This document shows, in pieces, positions 9,367 through 18,597 of a stretch of DNA of 26,309 nt. The notes under the pieces were generated by a model. The model saw only the letters and a list, made by a program, of their open reading frames with translations. It had not been told where the DNA came from and did not search any database. Source of the DNA: Clostridia bacterium (lineage in GTDB: Bacteria > Bacillota > Clostridia > TANB77 > RGIG9151); NCBI GenBank assembly GCA_016287855.1, contig JAEEXS010000011.1:1-26309 (forward strand), given 5' to 3'. Positions within the stretch are counted from its first letter, which is position 1. Every line of letters begins with the position of its first letter. Position numbers and translations under genes: made by a program.

Positions 9367-10569
9367 ATGGCTAAAGCAAAATTTGAAAGAACAAAGCCAC
9401 ACGTTAATATTGGAACTATCGGTCACGTTGACCATGGTAAAACATCTTTAACAGCGGCTATTACAAAAGTATTAGCAATGCAAGGAAAGGCTCAATATGA
9501 AGCTTATGATCAAATCGATAAAGCTCCAGAAGAGAGAGAAAGAGGAATCACAATTTCTACTGCACACGTAGAATATGAAACAGACAAGAGACACTATGCA
9601 CACGTTGACTGCCCAGGACACGCTGACTATGTTAAAAACATGATCACTGGTGCTGCTCAAATGGATGGTGCTATCCTAGTTGTTTCTGCTGCTGATGGTC
9701 CTATGCCACAAACAAGAGAACACATCTTACTTGCTCGTCAGGTTGGTGTTCCTTATATCGTAGTATTCATGAACAAAGTAGACCAAGTTGATGATCCTGA
9801 ATTATTAGACTTAGTTGAAATGGAAATCAGAGAATTATTAACAAGCTATGAATTCCCTGGAGATGATATTCCTATCATCAAGGGTTCTGCATTAAAAGTT
9901 CTTGAATCAACATCTCAAGATCCTAATGCTCCTGAATATGCTTGCATTCACGAATTAATGGACGCTGTAGATAGCTATATTCCTACACCTGAAAGAGATA
10001 CAGCTAAACCTTTCTTAATGCCAGTTGAAGACGTATTCACAATTACTGGTCGTGGTACAGTTGCTACAGGTAGAGTAGAAAGAGGAACATTAAAAATCAA
10101 TGATGAAGCTGAAATCGTTGGTCTTACAGCTGAAGCTAAGAAAACAGTTGTTACAGGTATCGAAATGTTCAGGAAACTTCTTGACGAAGCTCAAACTGGT
10201 GATAACATCGGTGCATTACTTCGTGGTATTCAAAGAAACGAAATTGAAAGAGGTCAAGTTTTGGCTAAACCTGGAACAATTCATCCACACACACACTTCA
10301 AGGGTGAAGTTTACATCCTAACAAAGGATGAAGGTGGACGTCATACACCATTCTTCAATAACTACAGACCACAATTCTATTTAAGAACAACAGACGTAAC
10401 TGGTGTTATTGAATTACCTCAAGGAACAGAAATGGTTATGCCTGGAGATAACGTAACAATGACAATCAAGTTAATCGCTCCTATCGCTATCGAAGAAGGA
10501 TTAAGATTCGCTATTCGTGAAGGCGGAAGAACAGTTGGTTCTGGAGTTGTTACAGCTATAATTGAATAA
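9367..10569 (+). CDS. tuf: Elongation factor Tu
   Basis: [38 protein letters not shown]; 400 aa; RBS AGGGAGG. Confidence 0.98.
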   Translation: MAKAKFERTKPHVNIGTIGHVDHGKTSLTAAITKVLAMQGKAQYEAYDQIDKAPEERERGITISTAHVEYETDKRHYAHVDCPGHADYVKNMITGAAQMDGAILVVSAADGPMPQTREHILLARQVGVPYIVVFMNKVDQVDDPELLDLVEMEIRELLTSYEFPGDDIPIIKGSALKVLESTSQDPNAPEYACIHELMDAVDSYIPTPERDTAKPFLMPVEDVFTITGRGTVATGRVERGTLKINDEAEIVGLTAEAKKTVVTGIEMFRKLLDEAQTGDNIGALLRGIQRNEIERGQVLAKPGTIHPHTHFKGEVYILTKDEGGRHTPFFNNYRPQFYLRTTDVTGVIELPQGTEMVMPGDNVTMTIKLIAPIAIEEGLRFAIREGGRTVGSGVVTAIIE

Positions 10570-10591
10570 TTGATATTAATTCAATAATTAA

Positions 10592-10626
10592 AGTGGAAAA
10601 TCTGAAAAAGATTTTCCACTTTTTTT
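10592..10626 (+). terminator. Intrinsic terminator after tuf
   Basis: AGTGGAAAATCT / AGATTTTCCACT is a 12-bp perfect stem with loop GAAAA, followed by TTTTTT. Confidence 0.9.
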
Positions 10627-10660
10627 GTAATAAAAAAGCACCATCCATACAAACGTACAC

Positions 10661-10689
10661 TTGACCGACTTCCTTAAATATAGTATAAT
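10661..10689 (+). promoter_or_regulatory. SigmaA promoter of ychF / ABC-F
   Basis: TTGACC (10661-10666), 17-nt spacer, TATAAT (10684-10689). Confidence 0.65.
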
Positions 10690-10721
10690 TTTCCGGAAGA
10701 TAATTCGAGGAGGCAGGTTTT

Positions 10722-11813
10722 ATGAAATTAGGAATTGTTGGTTTACCAAACGTAGGAAAAAGTACATTATTTAACGCAATTACAAAAGCAGGAGCAGAAT
10801 GTGCGAACTACCCATTTTGTACAATAGAACCAAATGTGGGAGTAGTTGCAGTACCAGATGAAAGATTAAATGAACTTGCAAAAATATATAACCCTCAAAA
10901 AGTAACTCCTGCAGTTGTAGAGTTTGTAGATATAGCAGGACTTGTAAAAGGAGCTAGTAAAGGTGAAGGGTTAGGAAATAAATTCTTATCTCATATTAGA
11001 GAAGTAGATGCAATTGTACATGTAGTAAGATGTTTTGAAAATCAAGACATAGTTCATGTAGATGGAGATATTAATCCTGCAAGGGATGTTGAAACTATAA
11101 ATTTTGAATTAATTTTCTCAGACTTAGAAACAGTTGAGAAAAAATTAGAGAAGTCTATAAAGGCTGCTAGAGCAGATAAAAAAATGCAATTTGAAGTAGA
11201 TACTCTAACTAAAGCGAAAGAGCATTTAACAAATGGTAATCCAATTCGCACAATGGAGCTTAATGATGACGAAAAGGAAATAATAAAAAATACATTTTTA
11301 CTTACATCAAAACCAGTATTATATGTTGGAAACGTAAGTGAAGATGAAATATCTTCAGCAGATAATAACCCTAAATATAACGAATTAAAAGAAATTGCCA
11401 AAAAAGAAGGCGCTAGAGCACTTGCAATTTCGGCTAAAATAGAGGAAGAACTATCTTCACTAGAGGACAGTGAAAGAATAGAATTCTTAAAGGAATTAGG
11501 CGCAGAAGAATCTGGCCTAGATAGACTTATAAAAGAAAGCTACTCATTATTAGGACTTATTAGCTTTTTAACGGCTGGCGAACCAGAAGTAAGAGCATGG
11601 ACTATAAAAGAAGGGACAAAAGCACCACAGGCCGCCGGAAAAATTCATAGCGATATAGAGCGTGGATTTATTAGAGCAGAAGTTGTAAATTATGATGATT
11701 TAATAAAATATGGATCAGTAAACGCAGTAAAAGAAAAAGGGCTTATGCGTTCTGAAGGAAAAGATTACGTTATGAAAAACGGAGATGTTGTTCTATTTAG
11801 ATTTAATGTTTAA
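10722..11813 (+). CDS. ychF: Ribosome-binding ATPase YchF
   Basis: MKLGIVGLPNVGKSTLFNA.T, C-terminal TGS-like ...IHSDIERGFIRAEV..YDDL; 363 aa. Confidence 0.95.
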   Translation: MKLGIVGLPNVGKSTLFNAITKAGAECANYPFCTIEPNVGVVAVPDERLNELAKIYNPQKVTPAVVEFVDIAGLVKGASKGEGLGNKFLSHIREVDAIVHVVRCFENQDIVHVDGDINPARDVETINFELIFSDLETVEKKLEKSIKAARADKKMQFEVDTLTKAKEHLTNGNPIRTMELNDDEKEIIKNTFLLTSKPVLYVGNVSEDEISSADNNPKYNELKEIAKKEGARALAISAKIEEELSSLEDSERIEFLKELGAEESGLDRLIKESYSLLGLISFLTAGEPEVRAWTIKEGTKAPQAAGKIHSDIERGFIRAEVVNYDDLIKYGSVNAVKEKGLMRSEGKDYVMKNGDVVLFRFNV

Positions 11814-11828
11814 TAGGAGGGTATTTTA

Positions 11829-13418
11829 GTGATTAGTGCAGTTGGTATTACTTTAAGATTTGGTGGTAGATTATTATTTGAAGATGTTAATATAAAGTTC
11901 ACAGATGGAAACTGTTATGGTCTTATAGGCGCAAATGGAACTGGAAAAAGTACATTTTTAAAAATCTTATCTGGAGAGATAGAGCCTAGTAAAGGTGAAG
12001 TAATAATTCCAGAAGGAAAAAGACTTGCTGTATTAAAACAAGACCATTTTGCTTATGACGATTATACAGTCCTAGACACTGTTATAATGGGGCATCAAAG
12101 ACTTTATGAAATAATGAAGAAGAAAGAAGAACTATATTCTAAACCAGATTTTAATGATGACGATGGAATAATACTCTCTGAACTTGAAGGAGAATTTGCT
12201 GAGTTAAATGGTTGGGATGCTGAAACAGATGCAGAAAAATTATTGAATGGAGTAGGAGTACCTACAGAGTTACAACATTCTAATATGAAAGATATAGAAG
12301 CAAGTTTAAAAGTTAAGGTTTTGTTGGCACAAGCTTTATTTGGGAACCCAGATATTTTGCTTTTAGATGAGCCTACTAACCACTTAGATATAAAGACAGT
12401 TAAATGGCTAGAGGAGTTTCTAGTGAACTTTGAGAATACAGTTATAGTAGTATCTCATGATAGACATTTCTTAAACGCAGTTTGTACTCAAATTGCAGAT
12501 ATTGACTATAATAAAATTCAACTATATGCAGGTAACTATGATTTCTGGTACGAATCTAGTCAGTTGGCATTACAACAAGCCAAAGAAGCAAATAAAAAAG
12601 CAGAAGCAAAGATAAAAGAATTACAAGAATTTATTCAAAGATTTAGTGCAAACGCATCTAAATCTAAACAAGCTACTTCTAGGAAAAAGTGGTTAGATAA
12701 AATTGAAATTACAGAGATAAAACCTTCTTCAAGGAAATATCCATATATAGATTTTAAGCCAGATAGAGAAGCAGGAGACCAAATACTTACAGTTACAAAC
12801 TTAAGTTATACAAGCCCAGATGGAGAAGAAATATTTAAGAATATAAATTTCTCATTAAATAAAGGAGATAAAGTTGCATTTGTTGGAACGAATGGAAAAG
12901 CCAAAACTACTTTATTTAAGGTATTGATGGGAGAGTTAACTCCAACTACGGGTGAAGTAAAATGGGGAATAACTACTACTCAATCATATTTCCCAACAGA
13001 TAACTCAGAATATTTTAACAAAGACAATATGGACCTAGTTGAGTGGTTAAGACAATATTCTACAGACGACTCTGCAACTTTCTTAAGAGGTTGGCTTGGA
13101 AGAATGTTGTTCTCAGGCGAAGAAGCATTAAAACAAGTAAAAGTTTTGTCAGGTGGCGAAAAAGTAAGATGTATGTTAGCAAAAATGATGCTATCTGGGG
13201 CAAATGTTTTAATATTTGATGAACCTACTAACCACCTTGATTTGGAATCTATTACAGCATTAAACAATGGAATGAGTAATTATAAAGGAACTATGTTATT
13301 TACTTCTCATGACCATCAATTAGTAGATACTGTTGCTAATAGAATAATGGAAATAAAAGAAGATGGGTTAATAGATAAGCAAATGACTTATGAAGAATAT
13401 TTAGAATTAAATGATTAA
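11829..13418 (+). CDS. ABC-F family ATPase (two NBDs, no TM domain), YbiT/YkpA-like subfamily
   Basis: GTG start after TAGGAGGG. NBD1 has GANGTGKST and LLLDEPTNHLD, with ...LKVKVLLAQALF in place of LSGG (as I recall for YbiT-type proteins). The linker is charged (EANKKAEAKIKELQEFIQRF). NBD2 has GTNGKAKTT, LSGGEKVR, IFDEPTNHLD. Confidence 0.85.
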   Translation: MISAVGITLRFGGRLLFEDVNIKFTDGNCYGLIGANGTGKSTFLKILSGEIEPSKGEVIIPEGKRLAVLKQDHFAYDDYTVLDTVIMGHQRLYEIMKKKEELYSKPDFNDDDGIILSELEGEFAELNGWDAETDAEKLLNGVGVPTELQHSNMKDIEASLKVKVLLAQALFGNPDILLLDEPTNHLDIKTVKWLEEFLVNFENTVIVVSHDRHFLNAVCTQIADIDYNKIQLYAGNYDFWYESSQLALQQAKEANKKAEAKIKELQEFIQRFSANASKSKQATSRKKWLDKIEITEIKPSSRKYPYIDFKPDREAGDQILTVTNLSYTSPDGEEIFKNINFSLNKGDKVAFVGTNGKAKTTLFKVLMGELTPTTGEVKWGITTTQSYFPTDNSEYFNKDNMDLVEWLRQYSTDDSATFLRGWLGRMLFSGEEALKQVKVLSGGEKVRCMLAKMMLSGANVLIFDEPTNHLDLESITALNNGMSNYKGTMLFTSHDHQLVDTVANRIMEIKEDGLIDKQMTYEEYLELND

Positions 13419-13423
13419 AAAAG

Positions 13424-13450
13424 AAGGTGAGCAAATAAAATGCTCACCTT
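13424..13450. terminator. Bidirectional intrinsic terminator between the convergent ABC-F and LysM genes
   Basis: AAGGTGAGCA (13424-13433) / TGCTCACCTT (13441-13450) is a 10-bp perfect stem, with a T-run downstream on both strands. Confidence 0.8.
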
Positions 13451-13472
13451 TTCTTGAAAGGAGTTTTAATGG

Positions 13473-13763
13473 TTATTTTACGCGAATAAGTAATTCTTGA
13501 CCGATTTTTATATCGGAGCCAATATTATTTAATTCTTTTATTTCATATATTTTATCTCTAATATCTTGATTTCCGTTAGAATATTCTTTAGCAATTTTCC
13601 AAAGAGTATCGCCTTTAGATACAACAATAGTAGTATATTCAGGAATACTATCACCACTAGCAGTGCTTTGGAATAGGAGCATAAAAGCAGCGGATAAAAA
13701 TATTACTAATATAAAAGCAAATATTAATCTAATTGGGTTTTTTAAATATAATTTTTTTGACAT
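13473..13763 (-). CDS. Small membrane-anchored LysM-domain protein, YneA-like (candidate SOS-induced division inhibitor)
   Basis: ATG at 13763 lies 8 nt after GGAGGAG; the track start 13826 falls inside the promoter. Architecture is MSKKLYLKNPIRL, TM helix (IFAFILVIFLSAAFMLLF), then LysM (TIVVSKGDTLWKIAKEY....I.ELNN......I.IGQELLI); 96 aa. LexA boxes sit in its promoter (next feature). Confidence 0.75.
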   Translation of the reverse strand: MSKKLYLKNPIRLIFAFILVIFLSAAFMLLFQSTASGDSIPEYTTIVVSKGDTLWKIAKEYSNGNQDIRDKIYEIKELNNIGSDIKIGQELLIRVK

Positions 13764-13777
13764 ATCTATCTCCTCCT

Positions 13778-13826
13778 CGAACAACCGTTCTAGATATATA
13801 ATACACGAACTCGTGTTCGATGTCAA
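13778..13826 (-). promoter_or_regulatory. SigmaA promoter with two LexA (Cheo) boxes
   Basis: On the minus strand: TTGACA (rc of 13821-13826), 17-nt spacer, TATTAT (rc of 13798-13803). A perfect palindromic box CGAACTCGTGTTCG (13806-13819) fills the spacer. A second box CGAACAACCGTTCT (13778-13791) lies at about the transcription start. The Firmicute LexA consensus is CGAAC-N4-GTTCG. Confidence 0.8.
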
Positions 13827-13915
13827 TACTTTTTACGAAAATTTTTTCGATATTTTAAAAATTTTCTCTGTACATGTCATATAATGCGAAAAAAAGCATA
13901 TTCACAATTTTTCTT

Positions 13916-13948
13916 TTGACATATTTCTTTAATCATCATGATTATATT
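13916..13948 (+). promoter_or_regulatory. Candidate spoIIE promoter with over-long spacer (Spo0A-type)
   Basis: TTGACA (13916-13921), then a 20-21 nt spacer, then TTATAT/TATATT (13942-13948) preceded by TGA. 6/7 matches to the 0A box TGNCGAA / TTCGNCA occur upstream (TTACGAA, TTCGATA around 13833-13852). B. subtilis spoIIE is known for a 21-bp spacer; its application here is tentative. Confidence 0.3.
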
Positions 13949-13977
13949 AAGAAATATCAAAAAGGAGGACAAAGAGT

Positions 13978-16197
13978 ATGCTTATTAATTTTTTTGATAG
14001 AACCATGATAATAAAAATCATTGAGGTTATATTGCTGAGTAATATAAAAATACTAGGTGCTCCGATTCCTATATCAATAGGAGTAATAGAAAGAGAAGAA
14101 GAGCTGAAGAAGAAAATATTTTTATATATCGTATCAGCTGTTACCTTAATAATAAGATTTTCACTTATAACATCTTTACAATTTATTTCTGCAATAGTTA
14201 TCTTATTTTCAATACATCAAATGGTATCAGCATTCAAAATAGATAATAAAAGAGTATTGCTTGTTTCAATGTTCTTATCAGTATTTCTTAATGATATAAT
14301 CTGGAACGCCTTTGACAGCATATTAATCTATGACATTATAATAGCGGTAATAAAAGGAGTTTCAGTAGTTTTAGGATATATATTGTTTAGCAATTTACGT
14401 TTCTTAGATGAGAATTTAACTGAAAGTGATATGCTCATATCTGTAACCTTTATTGGCATTATGCTTATGGGAATAGAAAATATTTCACTATTTTCACTTA
14501 ATATAAAAAACATTATTAGTACAATAGTGATATTCATGATAGCTATGTCAAACGGAGTAAGATATTCTGCATTATCTGGTATTATACTAGGTACATTAAA
14601 CGAACTTTCAAACCCTAATATGGGAATATCTATTATTTCTTTGGGCTTGGGAGGGTTGATATCCGGCTTATTTAAGAACAAAGGAAAAATATATATTGTA
14701 TGGGGGTTCCTTTTTGGAAATAGTATATTAGCATATTATTTAACAGGTTATAACTCACTAGTTAATCATTTCTTAGAAATAGTTATTGCCGGAAGTATTT
14801 TTTATGTTTTAACTCAAAAGGAACTAAATAGGTTAAAAATATTTGAACCAAACGAAAATCTCCTTTATGCGGGACCTATTATAGATGAAACTATTGAAGA
14901 TTTAAACAATACTTCTGGTACATTATATTCGATTTCAGAATTAATAGATGATATAGATATTGATGATGAAAGATATGATTTGTTTGATGAAATAAAGGAC
15001 GATATTTGTTTTGAATGTGATAAATACGATGAATGTTGGGATAGAAATTATGATGAAACTATGGACAAGATATTTGAATTAATAGAAGTAGTAGATGATT
15101 CTAATAATGGGGTTATTCGGGAAAATATTTTAGAAGATTTTTGTGATAACGGAGACGAAATTTTACAAAAAATAAGAAAAAGGTATAGCGAATATAAAAT
15201 AGATAAAGAAAAGGATAGAAGTAATGAAATTAAAAATTGCGTTTCAGAGCAATTTAAGGGATTTTCTCAATATATAAACAATTTCAAAGAAAAGTTTTTA
15301 GCAGACAATATAGGTAGCCTTGAGGAGAAAATTGTTAATGGTTTTGAAAAGGAAAATTATGAGCTTGAAAAAGTGAATGTAAATATATCTAATGAAAAGT
15401 GTGAAGTTGCTTTGCGTACGAATGGGGCTCCGCATAAAGTAGGCTTTTTAATTGCTGCAAATGAAATACTTTCTAAAGTATTAAAAAGAAGGATGTTAGC
15501 TTCTGATGAAAGAAAAGAGGAAGTTGTTTTTAGGGAATATGATAAATTATATGTTGATTATTATGTAGCAACAAAGAAGCAAGAAAATTCAATAGTTTTA
15601 GGAGATAGCTATAAAATAGTGGATTCTGAAAATGACAAGTTTATGATGCTACTTAGTGATGGTATGGGAACAGGAATAGAGGCAAGTCGCCTTAGCAATT
15701 CGTTAGTTGAACTTTTTTCAGAGATGTCTAGAATGGGGTTAAATCCGGGAGTGGTTACAAATATGTTAGGCTCTTTTATTCAGTATATATCTAATACTGA
15801 CAAGATAGTGACGCTAGATACTTTTTCGGTAGATTTACTAACAGGGGAGTGCGAGTTATTAAAGATTGGAGGAGCTCCTACCTTTATATTGCACAAAAAA
15901 GAGGTGGAAATTATTTATTGTGATTCACTTCCTTTAGGAATTTTAGATAGGGTAGATTTCCTTGAAGAAAAGAGAAACTTAGAAGTTGGAGATATAATAG
16001 TTTCAGTATCTGATGGTGTAGTTGATTCTAAGCGAGATATGATTAATAAAGAGTATTGGATATCTTCATTTTTAAAGCACTTAGAAGTAGACGAGCCTAA
16101 AATTATTGCGGAGGAGTTGCTTAATAAAACTATTGAAAATTACAATAATGTCGTAAAAGATGATGTTACTATAATAGTTTCAAAAATTTGTGAGTAA
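13978..16197 (+). CDS. spoIIE: Stage II sporulation protein E (PP2C phosphatase, polytopic membrane N-terminus)
   Basis: The first ~300 aa are multiple hydrophobic helices. The C-terminal PP2C/SpoIIE domain has GDSY...DKFMMLLSDGMGTGIEASRLS...GGAPTFI...VSDGV. 739 aa; RBS AAAGGAGGA. Confidence 0.93.
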   Translation: MLINFFDRTMIIKIIEVILLSNIKILGAPIPISIGVIEREEELKKKIFLYIVSAVTLIIRFSLITSLQFISAIVILFSIHQMVSAFKIDNKRVLLVSMFLSVFLNDIIWNAFDSILIYDIIIAVIKGVSVVLGYILFSNLRFLDENLTESDMLISVTFIGIMLMGIENISLFSLNIKNIISTIVIFMIAMSNGVRYSALSGIILGTLNELSNPNMGISIISLGLGGLISGLFKNKGKIYIVWGFLFGNSILAYYLTGYNSLVNHFLEIVIAGSIFYVLTQKELNRLKIFEPNENLLYAGPIIDETIEDLNNTSGTLYSISELIDDIDIDDERYDLFDEIKDDICFECDKYDECWDRNYDETMDKIFELIEVVDDSNNGVIRENILEDFCDNGDEILQKIRKRYSEYKIDKEKDRSNEIKNCVSEQFKGFSQYINNFKEKFLADNIGSLEEKIVNGFEKENYELEKVNVNISNEKCEVALRTNGAPHKVGFLIAANEILSKVLKRRMLASDERKEEVVFREYDKLYVDYYVATKKQENSIVLGDSYKIVDSENDKFMMLLSDGMGTGIEASRLSNSLVELFSEMSRMGLNPGVVTNMLGSFIQYISNTDKIVTLDTFSVDLLTGECELLKIGGAPTFILHKKEVEIIYCDSLPLGILDRVDFLEEKRNLEVGDIIVSVSDGVVDSKRDMINKEYWISSFLKHLEVDEPKIIAEELLNKTIENYNNVVKDDVTIIVSKICE

Positions 16198-16201
16198 AAA
16201 G

Positions 16202-16230
16202 TTGCAAATTTTATCCAAATACAGTAAAAT
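16202..16230 (+). promoter_or_regulatory. SigmaA promoter of ruvX-DUF1292
   Basis: TTGCAA (16202-16207), 17-nt spacer, TAAAAT (16225-16230). Its position excludes the track start at 16231. Confidence 0.55.
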
Positions 16231-16254
16231 GTGTTGGTAGGGAGGAATATTGTA

Positions 16255-16677
16255 TTGGATAGAATTTTAGGAATTGATTATGGAGATAGTCGAACCGGAA
16301 TTGCAGTAAGTGATGCTTTAGGTTGGACTGCTCAAGGGCTAGAAACAATAGTATATAAAGGCAATATGAATATTTTATTGAATAGAATAGGGGAAATTAT
16401 AAAAGAATATGATATAAAAAAGATTGTTATTGGATTTCCTAGAAATTTAAATGGAACTATTGGACCTAGAGCTGAAAAAACAGAAGAGTTTATTAAAATA
16501 TTGATAGACAAGTTTAAATTAAATGTGATAAAATGGGATGAGTGGTTAAGTACTATATCAGCTCATAGAGATATGAATGATATGGGGGTTAAAAATAAAA
16601 AGAAAAAAGATTTAGTAGATACTATTGCAGCAGTTCATATTTTGCAAAATTACTTAGATTCTATTAAAAGCTGTTGA
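16255..16677 (+). CDS. ruvX: Putative pre-16S rRNA nuclease / Holliday junction resolvase-like YqgF
   Basis: TTG at 16255 lies 9 nt after GGGAGG (16240-16245) and gives (M)DRILGIDYGDSRTGIAVSD, the canonical YqgF N-terminus. Also has ...IGFP.N.NGT.GPRAE....F. Confidence 0.88.
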   Translation: MDRILGIDYGDSRTGIAVSDALGWTAQGLETIVYKGNMNILLNRIGEIIKEYDIKKIVIGFPRNLNGTIGPRAEKTEEFIKILIDKFKLNVIKWDEWLSTISAHRDMNDMGVKNKKKKDLVDTIAAVHILQNYLDSIKSC

Positions 16678-16706
16678 TTGTTTTCGGCAGAGAAGGAGGA
16701 TTTAAA

Positions 16707-17003
16707 ATGAGCGATAAAGAAGAAAGAAAAGAAGGCGAAGAAGAATTAGACAATATAATTGTCCTCACAGATGACGAAGGAAATGATGTTGAGTTTGAAT
16801 GGCTCGATACAGTTCGAATGAATGATACTGACTACGTTGTAGTTTTACCTACTGAGGAAGGTGCAGAAGAAGTAGTTATCTTAAAAATAGAACCTGAAGA
16901 AGACGAAGATACTTTCGTAGGTCTTGAAGATGAAGACGAAATCAACCAAGTTTTTGAAATCTTTAAAGAGAAAAATCAAGGAATTTTTGATTTTGAAGAC
17001 TAA
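16707..17003 (+). CDS. DUF1292-family acidic protein (YrzB-like)
   Basis: ATG 16707 after GAAGGAGGA. Contains IVLTDDEGNDVEFEWLDTV..NDTDYVVVLP and is highly acidic. It is the usual neighbour of ruvX. Confidence 0.8.
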   Translation: MSDKEERKEGEEELDNIIVLTDDEGNDVEFEWLDTVRMNDTDYVVVLPTEEGAEEVVILKIEPEEDEDTFVGLEDEDEINQVFEIFKEKNQGIFDFED

Positions 17004-17007
17004 TTAA

Positions 17008-17036
17008 GAATATTTTTTATAAATTTGCACATATTA
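17008..17036 (+). promoter_or_regulatory. SigmaG-type forespore promoter of the SASP gene
   Basis: GAATA (17008-17012), 17-nt spacer, CATATTA (17030-17036). The consensus I recall is GHATR-N17/18-CATXHTA. Confidence 0.6.
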
Positions 17037-17078
17037 ACTCCGTAACATACATTTGTATTTTGCAGGAGGTGAATTAGT

Positions 17079-17273
17079 ATGGCAAATAGAAAGAAATTAG
17101 TACCAGAAGCTGATAATGCTATGAATAACTTTAAGTATGAAACTGCAAGTGAAATGGGCGTAAGCTTAAAAAATGGTTATAATGGTGAAATGACTGCAAG
17201 ACAAGCAGGATCAATTGGTGGTGCTATGGTAAAGAAAATGATAAAAAAAGCACAACAAGATATGAGTAGATAA
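17079..17273 (+). CDS. Alpha/beta-type small acid-soluble spore protein
   Basis: 64 aa: ...LVPEA.NAMNNFKYE.A.EMGV.L.....GEMT.RQ.GSIGG.MVKKMI. RBS AGGAGGTG. Confidence 0.92.
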   Translation: MANRKKLVPEADNAMNNFKYETASEMGVSLKNGYNGEMTARQAGSIGGAMVKKMIKKAQQDMSR

Positions 17274-17280
17274 TTTTTAT

Positions 17281-17302
17281 GATGTCCTATTTTTAGGGCA
17301 TC
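17281..17302 (+). terminator. Candidate terminator hairpin after the SASP gene
   Basis: GATGTCCTA / TAGGGCATC stem (one G-U pair) with a 4-nt loop. There is no clear T-run afterwards. Confidence 0.4.
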
Positions 17303-17323
17303 TAATACATAGGAGTTGAGATT

Positions 17324-17584
17324 ATGGATAACAATACTATTTATATTAATTTACAAGACCTTCAAAAGAAGGAAAAAAGAGAAAAGATAAAGACTATAAT
17401 GAAGGAAGTTTATGAGGCTTTAAAAGAAAAAGGATATAATCCGTTAAATCAACTTTGCGGATATCTTGTTTCTGCTGACCCTACATACATTACAAATCAT
17501 AATAATGCAAGAGCTTTAATTACCCAAGTTGAAAGAGAAGACTTATTAGAAGCAATTACTGAAGAATATATAGAGAGAATGTAG
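17324..17584 (+). CDS. ireB: IreB-family regulatory phosphoprotein (UPF0297 / YrzL)
   Basis: ...VY.AL.EKGYNP.NQ..GYL.S.DP.YIT.HNNAR.LI...ER.DLLE.....Y; 86 aa. Confidence 0.85.
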   Translation: MDNNTIYINLQDLQKKEKREKIKTIMKEVYEALKEKGYNPLNQLCGYLVSADPTYITNHNNARALITQVEREDLLEAITEEYIERM

Positions 17585-17600
17585 GAAGAGGGTAATTAAT

Positions 17601-17855
17601 ATGGACGATATAGTTATGGTTTTTAAGACTAATGAAAAATACCAAGAAATAGAAGGACTAATAAGCTTTTTAGAGTCTGCCGGAATAATGGTTGTTCGTT
17701 CACCTCATTCCGTCGTAGCTTCTGCGTTAGATTTAGTCAATGGAACGTGTTTATTTGTAAATAAAAATCAGGAAGAAGAAGCAAAGGATTTAATTAGAGA
17801 ATATTTTAATGAAAAACCAGAATTTGTTGATCTTCCAGATGAATTAAAAGAGTAA
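17601..17855 (+). CDS. Small hypothetical protein (possibly DUF2007-like)
   Basis: 84-aa ORF with RBS GAAGAGGG and host-like AT-rich composition. The pattern V.VF.T.......I..LLESAGI is only loosely DUF2007-like. Confidence 0.5.
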   Translation: MDDIVMVFKTNEKYQEIEGLISFLESAGIMVVRSPHSVVASALDLVNGTCLFVNKNQEEEAKDLIREYFNEKPEFVDLPDELKE

Positions 17856-17890
17856 AAAAGTACCCCGCATACCGTGATGGAATGCGGGGT
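17853..17890 (-). terminator. GC-rich intrinsic terminator of the cmk-like gene (possibly bidirectional)
   Basis: ACCCCGCAT (17862-17870) / ATGCGGGGT (17882-17890). On the minus strand the hairpin is followed by CTTTTTTAC (rc of 17852-17860). Confidence 0.8.
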
Positions 17891-17896
17891 TTAATC

Positions 17897-18541
17897 TTAC
17901 TGTTGAACGGTCGAGAGAATTTTTTCAAGGGTCTCCTCCACCGTCATTGCGGAGTTATCGATTACGATAGCGTTCTCAGGGACAAGGAGAATGCCATGAG
18001 CCAATTCCACGTCTTCTCTTGCTTTGAGGTCCCTTAGGACGTCTTCAAAATCGACATTATGGTTTTGCAGGACTTGGAGATACCTCCTTTTGGCACGAAC
18101 TTCTTGATCTGCCGTGAGGTAGAACTTGAAGTTAGCATTCGGGAATACTTCAGTTCCCACCTTGCGGCCATCGGCGACGATACCGTTACCAGCCGCTGCG
18201 TATGTATGCTGGAAATTTTTTACGAACAACCGGACCTCGGGAATATTGGAGATTTTGACAATCTCCCGCGTGACTTCAGGCGTACGTATCTTTTCAGATA
18301 CATCCTTGCCGTTTAAGAAGATACGGCTGCCAGAGACTTGAATATCCGCATCCCCAAATTTTTCTACGACTTCCTTGGCGTTGGTCAATTTTACGCCCTT
18401 GTTTAGGCAGTGAAGCGTCAGTGACCGGAAGATGGACCCAGAATCCAGATGGGTTAAACCCAATTTCTCAGACACCAGTTTTGCCATGGTGGTTTTGCCA
18501 CTGGCAGGAGGCCCATCGATGGTCATGATAATATTATTCAC
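17897..18541 (-). CDS. cmk: Cytidylate kinase (Cmk)-family P-loop kinase, divergent and compositionally foreign
   Basis: GTG start 18541 after AAGGAGA; ATG 18526 is the alternative. Contains IDGPPASGKTTMAK, LDSGSIFR, LNGKDVSEKIRTPEV, ADGRKVGTEVFPNA.FKFYLTA...RAKRR. It is collinear with E. coli and B. subtilis Cmk as I remember them. A sampled line (18121-18180) is 52% G+C. Confidence 0.8.
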   Translation of the reverse strand: MNNIIMTIDGPPASGKTTMAKLVSEKLGLTHLDSGSIFRSLTLHCLNKGVKLTNAKEVVEKFGDADIQVSGSRIFLNGKDVSEKIRTPEVTREIVKISNIPEVRLFVKNFQHTYAAAGNGIVADGRKVGTEVFPNANFKFYLTADQEVRAKRRYLQVLQNHNVDFEDVLRDLKAREDVELAHGILLVPENAIVIDNSAMTVEETLEKILSTVQQ

Positions 18542-18597
18542 AACGTCCTTCTCCTTTCATAGTATGAGAATCCTCCACAAAATTCAGCGTACTTTAC

